From positions 39,000,001 to 39,064,000 of the forward strand of contig OZ076409.1 in NCBI GenBank assembly GCA_964187785.1: DNA of 64,000 bases. The letters are read 5' to 3'. This DNA is from Amphiscolops sp. MND2022 (lineage: Eukaryota). The stretch's first letter is position 1; each line of letters begins with the position of its first letter. Under the pieces are notes generated by a model. The model worked only from the letters and a program-made list of their open reading frames with translations, did no database searches and was not told where the DNA came from. A program made the position numbers and the translations under genes. Shown piece by piece: positions 9,971 to 21,100 of the stretch.

Positions 9971-12900
9971 CTAAATCGTTACGTCTATTTTGTTGGTCTT
10001 TCTCAGTGCGTTTCTAGCTGAAGTAATCTCATGAATGAGGAAGTCTGGATACGTTTTCGGTGTAGGGTTCTCACGTAACCTGTACCTACTTTGATTTGAT
10101 CTAGACGGTCTAGAACTCATCCTTTCTTCATTTTCGTTTTGCGTGTTTGTCTGTTGTGACTGGTTTTCGTGTTGTTCGTCTCTCAGAGGTACTCTTATCC
10201 TACTTTCATCGCGGGGAGGCGGTAGAATAATTTCTTCTCGCGTTCCAAATCTAACTGTAGGTGGTCTAAAGTTGTTGTGATCAGTTTCTACTTGCTGATA
10301 GTCTATCCTCGTGGTTATTTCTGGTGGAATTACTTGTGGAGTGTGTTGTTCTTGTACCCGAGGAATTGTTTCTTCTGAAGGCTCTTTTTCGACCAAGTCT
10401 TGATCTAGATTGTCATTCTCATCCTGATCTACTTCGTCGGTCATCGGAATATTCGAGTCGAAAATGTCCGTGTCTTCAACCCTTTCGGTATCTGGGTAGA
10501 GATGTTTGGACATGTTGATGTCGTCAATCGGAAATTCCGGTTTGAACAATCTCAGTCGCATGCGATGTACGCACTGAGTTTGGTGTGTGCCTACTTTGCG
10601 GATGATGTAGTTGCTATCGGATAGCACTTTAATCACCTTGTACGGTCCTTTCCAATGGAAAGTTTTAAACTCTTCTTTGCTTCTCTGAGAGTCGTACTTA
10701 GGGTCTAGTAGGAACACAAAGTCATTCACCTTCAGTGGCTGTGCTCGTGCTTTTCTATCATAGTACGTTTTGTACTTGTGATAGGCGGAAATGATGTTGT
10801 CTAGATTGTCTCTGAAGATAAAATTCATTTTGTCTAGAATTTCGTTCACGTCTTTGCACTTTGTTTCAGCCGGTTTGTTTGCGTTTCGGAATTGCAGATC
10901 TAGTGAGTTGTATGGTGTTCTTCCGTGGAAAATTTCGGTTGGTGAGCATTTCAGTGAATCATGATACGTTGTGTTATGGGCCATGATTGCTATGTCGACA
11001 TAGCGGTCCCATTGTGGTCTGTCTGCGTTTACACTAATCTTAAGGATCTTTTTCAGTTTCGCGTGCGTTCTCTCCACCATGCCTATTGTCTGCGCGTGCT
11101 TTATCGTGGCATGGGAGATGTGAATATCAGCCGCTTTCGCGATTTCAGACAGAAGTTCAGCCGTGAACGCCGTGCCTTTGTCGGTCAGAATGTGTTTGGG
11201 CACATACGCGTGTTTTGTGAAGATCGACAGTAGTCCTCTGACTACGGAATGTGTGTCAGGTCTCTTCAGCGGAACGGCGAACAGGTAGCGCGAAAAAACG
11301 TCAACAGCCGTCAGAATGTGTGTAAAACCGTTCGATGCCGGGAGTGGACCAACGATGTCTATTTCCAGCAGGTCTTCTGGTCCGTCGCACGGGTCGTAGA
11401 TTTTTTGTAACGGTGGACGTAGTTGCGTTTCTTTTACACTTTTAGACTTCATGCAGTTTTCACATCCGTCAAGGACTTTTTGAACTTTATAGGCTAAGTT
11501 AGGAGAGTAATATCTTTTACGAAGTTCATACAACATTTTCTTTAAACCAGGGTGTCCTTGTACCGGGCTGTTATGTAGAGTCCTAATTATTTTCAAAATA
11601 CAGTCTTCAGGAACGACTAACTGCTTATGAGACTCTAGTCCCGTGTGGTCAAAAAACTGTCTGTACAAGACACCGTTTACAACTTGTAGGCGTTTTCGAT
11701 TTTTGTACAACTTTTGAAAAAACTGGTCTTGCATGTTAACTGGGTGTTGCAAAATTTCAGTACCTTCTAAAAATCTAATCATTTTTTGGATAACCCAGTT
11801 ATTTTTCTGGACCTGAATTAGATCGATCCCCTCGGCGGGGCTAACCTGACTCATTACCGGGTGTGATAATGATACTTTACGGATGAATTGCGAGAGTTGA
11901 ATCGGCTCGTCCACGTCTGTGAGGCGGTACGTCAGATGGTTGTCAGTCGCGAAGTCATCTGAGGCCGCAGTTCTCTCACAGTTGGTGAACTTCATCCCTT
12001 TCCCATCGTCATGAGCCACGTCAGTGCCAGTTGCCAATTTCATCTCTTTGACATCCTTCTGGCGTTTGCATCTGAGTGGTTCGCTCGCGGGGAAGTAATC
12101 AGGCTCGTCTTCCTCCTGTTTTGGTGTACGGGAGGCGATGTCGATCTCGATCCTGTGAATTGGAATAGTATCAGTCAATTTTAAATGTACACGGTCTTCA
12201 GGTCTAATCTCAAGCCGAGATAAGTAATCCGCTGCGGGATTTTCAACTCCTGGAACATGTGCTAATAGAAAATTGAACTGAAGGGTTTGATCGCAAAAGT
12301 TCCAAAGTGAAGGCGGGATATGCTTCGCCTGGAAAAATCTAGTCAAGGCCTTATTGTCAGTCATAACAATGATGGGTTTTTTCGCACCCCACAAAATGTG
12401 GCCAAATTCATCGAATGCAAAGTGCATAGCTAAAAACTCTTTGGCATACATTGTTAGAGACATCTGGCCGCCCTGAAATTTCTTAGAGCCAAATGCAACA
12501 GGGGCGTATGTATGTTTGACTGACGGGTCTGCATAATCCTCGATTAACAACACATAGCCTGCAGCGTGTTCGCTGGCGTCACACATGATTACCAGTTGTT
12601 TATCTGGTAATGGCAATTTCAGAGACACTTTTGTTGCTTTTAACAAACTTTCATTAATTTCAAAAATAGCATCTTTATGTTGTTGGTTCAGCTTGAAAGG
12701 GACGTCTTTCTTGATGAGTTCCTGTAAACAACAAGTTTTATCAGCTAGACGGGGAATGTAAGACCTGTAAAAGTTCACAAAACCAAGATAACGTTGCAAC
12801 GCTTTCACTGAATTGGGGGGTTTCAACTTCGTTAAATAGTCTGTTACGCGTTTTTCAATGGGAGCAATACCAGTGCTAGAAATGGTTTTTCCCAAGTACT

Positions 12901-15064
12901 CAATTTGTTTTTGTCCAAATTCACATTTACTCATGCTAAGTTTAAGACCAGCTTTTTGCAATTGTTGAAAAACAAGTTCAAGGTTGGTAATCAATTATTC
13001 GGGTGAGTGTGCTGCAATTCCAATATCGTCAACGTATTGGGCACAGCGGTCCGCTTTGACCAGGGGGTCCAAATACTCACGGATTACTCCTGTAAATGCT
13101 GACAAAGAACGATTAAGACCTTGTGCTAGACGTAAAAATGCAAAAGTTCTAGATCCAAAATTAAACGATAACAGTTGGACAGATTGCTCATCGGCCATTG
13201 GAATGCAATGGTAGGCCTGGGAACAATCAAGTTTGCAGAAGTACTTTTTCCCGGCCATGTGTTGGGCAGCGTCAGCAATTGTTGTTACGGGATGATTGTG
13301 CTCACCGTAATCGTTTTTGATCAGGTGGTTTATTCTTCTCAAGTCAACTAAAATCCTCAATTTACCATTAGGTTTACGCTGAGCAAATATCGGGGAAGAG
13401 TATTTGCTGTGAGGCAAAGTAGTTATAATCCCGTACTCTTGCATTAGGGCTAACTCCACGAGCAAATCGTCCTTCAAATTTGTCGGAGTCGGGAGACTTT
13501 GTGAATAAACAGGTTCTTCATGTTGAGGTGTTAACTTAACTTTAAAATCAGTGTTCATGCCAATATCAAAACGGTGTCTAGCAAAAATGGAGTTGTACTT
13601 TACCAGCAACTCCTCTACCTGTAACCGTTGAGACGGAGTAAGAAGCGAGTCGTCCCAGTTGAAGTTCTTCAGGAAGTTCATCCGTTGTTCATCGGATTGG
13701 GACGGGTCAAGCTTCTCGAGCTCTCGCAGTGCCAGAATCTCATCATAAATCCGTCGCTCAATTGCGTTGAGTTTGTCTGGCTCACTGCACGTCTCGGGAG
13801 TTGGGTACCACTTGGTTGACTTCATTTCAGGGTTCACAAACAGTTGGTTGATCACTGCTTCGGCTTCATCTGGATACTTGGTGATCAAGTTCAAGTGTTC
13901 CACTGGCATGGGCGTGATGTTTGCCGCCTGGTGTGGTGTCGGGATGCGAAAGTGTGCCAGAGTGGTGTTGGCTTCAAGTGTGTACGTGTGGTTGTTTGGG
14001 TTGGTGACCTGGATTGTCGTCTTGCCCTCGTCTAGGTCAACCAAAGCTGGAGAAACAAGCAAACACGTCTTTCGCATGAATCCAGGTGAGCCCTCAACTG
14101 TACCAGTTGTAAGTGAGATGTCCGCGTCACTGTGGACCTGTATCATCACTTGATGGAGAGGAGGGATCACTGTTCTAGTACTGGAACACAAATCAATTAA
14201 ACCAGTTTTGAATCTGTTGTTCTTTTGCTGTCTAACTTGCATGGACATCATGTGATTAGGGAAGTGGACAAGGTGGTTTTTGATGTCTAAGTTGACTGAG
14301 TACTTTTCAAAAAAGGACATTCCAATTAAAATTGTTCCCATTGTTGGAAGGATTAGGAACGTTTCTTCGAATACTTTTCCAGCAACGTAAAATCTAAGTA
14401 AGACTTGCTTACGCACTGGGACTAAGTTCCCGTTTGCTATTTGAATTTTGAAATTCGGAGGGGGGAATTCTTGAAGGATGGCTTCTGGATGAGCCGTTGT
14501 TATTTTTCGCAGTTCGGCTTCAGACATTGCACTTTGTATTGCGCCTGTGTCTAAAAGTGCGCTGTTTTCGTATTTGTAAACTTGAAGAGGGACGTACAGC
14601 ATTTTATCTTTCTTGTTTAAATGTAAAGTGGGACTGAGAACGTGAATTTCTGTTTTAATTGCATGTTTTTTAGTTTTTGAAACGTTAATACTACTCTGTT
14701 TTGCATGTTTTTTAATACTAAGCCGTTTGTCGATTGTTGAGTGTGAAGTCGAGTCGTCGTCTAGATGGTGGGTTTCCATCTCTTTGGCATCTTCCACCTG
14801 CCTCATGGTGTTTGGTTGCCAGTTCATCGTTTGTTCATCGTTGATTTCAGCGAGTGGAGAAAAACGGCTGCCGTTGAGTTGACTTGCATTTCTCATCGCT
14901 TTTTCATCGTTGGAAAGTCTTCGCTGATAGACGTCGTCAGCTTTTGGTCGTTTGTCCAGTGAAGGCTGCCATTTCTTCATTGGACGGTCGTGTGTAGTCG
15001 GTTGAGTCGAAAGTCGTTGGTCGCGCGTTGTGTTTCTAGCGGGCGGAAATCGTGGCGGAATCAA
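9971..15064 (-). pseudogene. pol: Pol of element A (protease, RT, RNase H, integrase with GPY/F) with one in-frame TAA at 12995-12997
   Basis: Motifs: LLDTGA (PR); YVDD (RT); CDAS..E..TDN..ADYLSR (RH); H-x6-H..CENC, IDIVG, TDKG, GMVER (IN); WKGPYKV. ORFs 12995-15064 and 9971-12994 are in the same frame, separated only by the stop. Confidence 0.93.
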
Positions 15065-16566
15065 AAACCCTGATTTATGTCTTCATCAGAGTAGGTTTCT
15101 TGGTCTTCTTCTTCGGTGACTGCTTGCATAGGGTTCATCGGCTTTTGTTGTCGTTTTAAGTCTTGTCTTCTAGTTCTGTTGTCATCTTGTGAATTCGTTG
15201 CGTATGGAATCTTTCCATATGCAGAACTGCTTTCTTTAGGGACACGTCGTCTGCAATCCCTTGCTGAGTGGCCTGTGTAACCGCAAATCTGGCAGACCAA
15301 TTTTGGATTGTATTTCGGCTTATCTGGATCGGCTGCTTTCTTCATTGGGATTGCATCCTCCTTCTTTATGCCGTTCGCTTCGTCTCGTTGTCGGGCGCGA
15401 CATTCCGTTTTGCGGTGTCCTGTCTTTCCGCAGTAGAAACATTGTCCTTCAAATCGTTTTCGTTCTGTCGGTTGTGCGGTCGTCGTTGTTGTTGTAGGCT
15501 TCGTCGTTGTAATCGTAGGTGGTGCTGAGGAGGTGACCGCGTTGAATGGTTGGATTGCCGTAGGTGGCGCGACGTACTGCTGGTACTGGTATTTTCGCAT
15601 TAGGTAGGTTTTGATTTCCTCTGGGGAGCTCTCTTCTTTGTTTGCCATGGTGAGCTCTTGTTGAATCTCGACTGGCAGTTTTCCAAACAGGAACATTTTG
15701 ATTATTCTGTCGGCCTCATTGCCGAAGGCTTGTTTGGCAGTCTTCTTGAGATTTTTGAGGAAATCGCCGAATGTTTCTGTTGTGGGATCATAGCGTGCTT
15801 GATCCCATTTGTAACGGGCCACTTCCTTTAGATCCTCTTTTGCAAATTCTTTTCTGAAGAGGTCGAGTACGTCCTTTAGTGTTGTCATCGGCGTTATCTG
15901 GATGGATTGTCAGTATTCTATTGCGTCATCTCTCAAAAGGCTTTGAAAGAAGTGTAGTTTGTTCTCCTCGGTGATTTTGTTGGCAAGCGGGCTAAGGTGG
16001 TTGAGGAGAAGGTGTTCAAATTCGACGAATTTGTCTTTTTGGCCTCTGAAATTTGGCACGTGTGTCTGCAGAAGCTTCGTGTTGGTGGTTGTGTTTTTGA
16101 TCCGTTGGGGGATCGTCTCGATTGCATTGAGCAGTCGTTCCTCATTGCTTCTGGGGGTTGATTCTCCTTCGTCTGAATCGTCTTCTTGGTAACTTCTGAA
16201 GTTGGTGAAGCTGGTGGTCGGGCGGTTGGAGCGGGTTTCTGTAGCTCCTGTCACCATGTCGAACCCAACCGTGTGGGTCGGCTTTGAAGGACCTTTCGAG
16301 GTTGACTGTCGGTTTTCGGTGTCTGTCTTACTTATGACAGCCATCATTAAGTCCTTCAGTTGACTGAACTCATTCTGTAGTTCGTTTATCTTTCTCTCAT
16401 AACTCTCTTTTATTTCAGATAACTGAGACGAGATATCAGAAACCTCGTTGCTATCAGAGTCATTGGCAGAAGACTGAGCCATGTCTGGGTCCGTTTGAAT
16501 GGGTGTTTCTGATGAGGAACTAATAACTCTTCCGCTTCTGAGTTCGGTGCCTAGATCTGGGTTCAT
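15061..16566 (-). pseudogene. gag: Gag of element A with two CCHC zinc knuckles and one in-frame TGA at 15910-15912
   Basis: CFYCGKTGHRKTEC and CQICGYTGHSARDC. ORFs 15910-16566 and 15061-15888 are in frame (AIEY*QSIQITPMTT). Confidence 0.9.
15064..15070 (-). other. Putative -1 ribosomal frameshift slippery site G GGT TTT at the gag/pol junction
   Basis: Gag ends CAG GGT TTT TGA. The -1 frame GGG TTT TTG ATT CCG is the open pol frame. Fits X XXY YYZ. Confidence 0.75.
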
Positions 16567-17050
16567 AGAGGTGAGAGAAAAGGAATTATGAGTGAAGACT
16601 GGATTCTGGATGATTTTCGATGTATTTTACTATTTTGTGCCGTTATTCGAACTCAAATTCACTATTTCTGAACTTGAGATGTAAATGCGATGAGTTTTAC
16701 AGTAAGACAAGGATACTAGTAAAGAATGAGAATAGTTAACGAGGATTAAGTAGAGTTCATCCAAATTTCATCGAATAGATATCAATCAAGAAATTACTCA
16801 GAGTTGTGAAGGTAGCGTTATTTACGATGAATAAGAGATATGTTTTCTAGTTCAAATCTGTCGTAATTCGTCCAACTGGACAGTAGCTAATCGCAATTTC
16901 GGTCTGTGTAAACTCTAATGGCGGTCCAAAATACAGCAGTTCACGTGTCTTTTCGGGCTGGTAAGACGCTAAATCTCTTACCAGCCGACTCTTATTGGCT
17001 ATTGCCAGTTGGTGCTAATTGGTAAGTCACGTGACCGGTGTTGTGAACTG

Positions 17051-18491
17051 CCGCAAGTTGGCCAAACCACATGGTACATCTACATATGCTAATTATGACT
17101 AATCATCACTTTACAATGTCGCAATTGCCTGCACACAGTGTCATGGTTTCTATAGCAACTCAAATCATTCAATAATGTACTAATTTCAAGTCAAAACAGA
17201 GTAAGCTGCATCACAGGATGAGAAAACGATGTTTTTCCAACTAATTCTAGCATTAAAATCAATACTTCAAAAGCAAAGATGGAAACGCGATGAATTCGTC
17301 AGAATATTTGCTGATTTTCAAGTCTAGTTTAGCTCTGGATGAAAATGCGATGAATGGTGGTCTTTTAGCTCGAAAATCAACACGATATGAACTGACGATG
17401 ATAAAAGGATGAACTCGTCTTCAAAATGAATGATTTCCAGCACAATTTAAATCAACGATGGTAAAAGGATGAACTCTCCTCGAAAATAACTAATTTCCAG
17501 CACTAGTGAAATTGACGATGAATTCAGGATGAATTCAGCCAATAAAACAGGTGAAACAGCTAATTCTGCAGTGAAGACAAATATACGATGACTTTAGGAT
17601 GAATACATTCAATAAAACAGCAAAATCTAATGAATGAAATTCCAACGATGGGTTTAGGATGAACTCAACTGAAAATTCGGCAAGTTCTAACGTAAGTCGA
17701 ACTAGCGATGAATTTACGATGAACTAGTGATGAGTTAATCTAATAAAACAGATATCCAGCACTTCACTCTTTTTTAGGATGAATTAAGGATGTACTTTCT
17801 CATTTCTTGTAGTTTCTGTTCAGGACGATGAAATATAGATGTGTTATGCTCTTTTTAAGAAATGAGAAGCACATTGAAGGTTAATAATCACAAAACGACG
17901 ATGAGTATAGGATGGCTTTCATGCATTTTAAAGTCCCGTGAGATCCGCTGATGGATCACTAAATAAAATCAAATATATGTCCCAAATTTTGTTCACCCGC
18001 AATCTTGGCGATGTGATTGCGATGAACCTTGATAATATAGCACCGTAATTTCACTAATAGATCAAGTTGTAGGATCACTAAGTCCGCTGATGGATTAGTG
18101 ATGAACTTTCCTGAAATTCGTCACGACTACAAGTCCTGAGGCGAGGGAGCTAGTAGAAGTTACAGATTCCATTATTTCTACATCTCTCGGTCCAGTCTGA
18201 CCGGAAGACTTCTCTCCCTTATCGTGACAAACCAATATTGAATAAGATAGCACATTAAAAGCTATTGGCAAGATCATTTGTGCGGACACCGGAATTAGAG
18301 CGCTCAGTATTAAGTAAATATATATAGCTCAAACTCAGGGGGGATAGGGATTAAAGTACAAGTAACGTAGGGTTGCTCACAACCATGGCTCTTATTATAT
18401 GACATCATATTGCCCATATCTAAGTACATAAGACATAATATTTACATTACAAATATTTAGTAGATTATATTTCCATCATGCTGGCATGACA
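17051..18491 (-). repeat. 5' LTR of element A (inner boundary uncertain, at or before 17051, or 17139)
   Basis: Matches 1-1441 and ends ...CATGACA followed by the unrelated flank GGGAC. No canonical tRNA PBS was recognised next to it. Confidence 0.92.
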
Positions 18492-18919
18492 GGGACAATC
18501 TAATTCGAACGATTAACAGGTAACGACCAAACTCCAGTGTTAGAGGTTGGAGTCTAACTCTAACTTTGAGAATAAAGAACATGATCAGCGAACGACTCTA
18601 TTTAATGGAGACCATGCGGTAAAATGAAACTCAGCTTAGCTGAAGCTTAATGTGGTTTGTTTGACAACAACTATTTCTTTTTACTGCTGCTAAACTGAAC
18701 TTTTTGTTTTACGAGCTTTGCGCTCTGCCTCATCCGGTTTGTTATTTTCCGCCCATATTCCATATGGGAAAGGAAAATATTCAAATCAAACGTTTTTTTT
18801 TTACAAAATTTGCCAAGCACCAAATTTATATTTAACTTTAAGGGTGTTACCCATAGAATTCAAATCATATAAATTTAGCTTCGTACGATTTGTATTTGTG
18901 GAGATTTCTGGACTTTTTT

Positions 18920-21100
18920 AGTTGACCCCAATGACCCCCGAATGACCCAATAAAGACTCCAAAATAGGAAAATTTCCAATTTTTTTAAGTTTAAAGGCAG
19001 TTTTTGTCATTTTTTTTTTATAGATATCGTATATTAGAATGTTGAAAACGTTTAACAAGGCACAAACTCGTTGCCCAATAGTCTTTTATGAAGAGATAAT
19101 TGCTGTTTTCCAGAAGGAAAAGATCTCAAATTGACACTGGAAATGACAAAAATCCAAACATTTCCCAATTTTCAAAGTTTTTTTTTGCAGTTTTTGTCAA
19201 ATTTTAGATAGCCTTCGTGGATTAGAATGTAAAACACGCTCACATGGCACTACTTCGTTGTCCAGTAGGCCTTTCCGGAGAGATAATTGCTGTTTTCCAA
19301 ACGAAAAAGTCTCAAATTGACACCGAAAAAGACAAAACTCACAAAAGTTTTCAGAGTTTTTGTTTTTTTATTAAAGTTTTGCGGATTGGAATATTTGGAT
19401 GTTTTCACGATTTTGCGGATTGGAATATTTTAAGGGGTCAACAAGGAGAGAGTGGGTTGTCGAGTAGGCTTTCTCGAAGAGTTTATTGCAGTTTTCTACG
19501 TGAAATTGTCTCAAATTGAACGCGAAAACGACAAAAAACCCAAAACTTTCCATTATTCCAAGCTTTTATGCATTTTTTGTTAAAGCTTTGACGGTTTTCG
19601 TGGATTGGAAACTTTAAAAGTGTCAACAAGGAGAGAGTCGGTTGTCGGGTAGTCTTTATTGAAGAAATAATTGCAATGTTCTGAATGAAATGTCTGAAAT
19701 TGGCATCGGAAATGACAAAAAGCCCAACTTTTTCCAATTTTCAAGGGTTTCATGCCTTTTTTCCGAATTTTCGACCGACTTTGTGGATTGGAACGTTGAA
19801 AAGGGTCAACAAGGAGAGAATGTGTTGTCTAGTATGTTTTTCCGAAAAGTTTAGGGCAGTTTGCTATATGAAAAACTCTCAAATTGACACCGAAAACAAC
19901 AAAAAACCCAAAAGTTCCAATTTTCAATTTTTTTATTGCATTTTTTGTAATGGTCTCGACGGGTTTTTGGATAGGAATGACCTAAAGGGTCAACAAGGAA
20001 AAAATTGGTTGTCCAGTAGGCTTTCCCGAAGAGTTTGTTGCAGTTTTCTCCGTGAGAATTTCCCAAAATGACACCGAAAACGACAAAAAACCCTAACTTT
20101 TTCCATTTTTCAAAGATTTTATTCAATTTTTTTTAAAGTTTCTTCGGTTTTCGTGACTAGAAATTTTCAAAGGACCAACAAAGAGAGCGTGGGTTGTCGA
20201 AGAGTCTTTAATGAAGAGATAATTGCAATGTTCTGAATGAAATGTCTGAAATTGGCACCGGAAATGACAAAAAACCCAAAATTTTCCAACTTCCAAGGAT
20301 TTTATGCATTTTTTCCAAATATACGACAGACTTCGTCAATTGAAACGTTGAAAAGGGTCAACAAGCAAAAAATGTGTTGTCGAGTATGATTTACTGAGGA
20401 GCTTACTGCAGTTTTTAAGTGAAAATTTTTCAACTTTACACCGATAATAAAAAACCTCAAAGTTTTCCACTTTTCTATGTTTTAATGCATTTTTGTTAAC
20501 ATTTCGACAGACATCGTGGAATTGGAACATTTTGAAGGGTCAACAAGGAGAAGATGGGTTGTCGAGTTGTCTTTAATGAAGAGATATTTGCAATGTTCTG
20601 ATAGAAAATGTCTCAAACTGACACCGTAAGTAACAAAAGTCACAAAATTTTTCAATTTTACCGCTTTTATGAATTTTTCCTAAACTTTCGACAAACTTCG
20701 TCAATTGAAACGTTAAAACGAATAAACAAGGAAAAAATTTGTTGTCCAATTCGCTTAGAAAAAGTAAAAATGCAGTTTTTGAAATGAAAACTGTCCGGAA
20801 ATGACATCGAAATACAAAAATTCGAATGTTTTACGATTTTCATTTGTTCTATTATTGTCAAAATATCGATAGACTTCGCGGACTAAAATGTTAAAACGCT
20901 AAAACATGGGGAAATATGTTGTTTTGAGGAGCATCGTTACGAGATAAGTTCAATTTGTTAAAGATAATTGCATCAAATTGACCATGAAAAGTCGGAAAAA
21001 TTGAAGTTTTTATCGTTTTTGATGCAATTTCTGTACAATTTCCGATAGATTTCGTTCTAAACTCCAATACAATATCTCAAAAACATTAAAACGAGGTATG
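18920..21100. repeat. Diverged tandem array, unit about 184 bp, about 11 copies
   Basis: The AAATTGACACCGAAAA-like anchor recurs near 19128, 19314, 19513, 19697, 19881, 20066, 20249, 20432, 20615, 20798, 20975. GGTCAACAAGGA and GAAGAGATAATTGC blocks also recur. Confidence 0.85.

Larger units (their letters stand above)
1..18491 (-). mobile_element. Element A: large Ty3/Gypsy LTR retrotransposon (at least 18.4 kb) with an antisense accessory gene
   Basis: Direct repeats 1-1441 and 17051-18491 both end in ...CATGACA (TGTCATG on the minus strand). A PPT-like tract abuts the left repeat. Minus-strand gag and PR-RT-RH-IN are in Ty3/Gypsy order. The left flank is outside the window, so no TSD can be checked. 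Confidence 0.95.

Noticed and set aside
15907..15912. Programmed readthrough of the TGA in gag (TGA CAA TCC)
   Set aside because: It falls mid-capsid where Trp fits well and the context only partly matches known readthrough signals. A TGG>TGA mutation is simpler.
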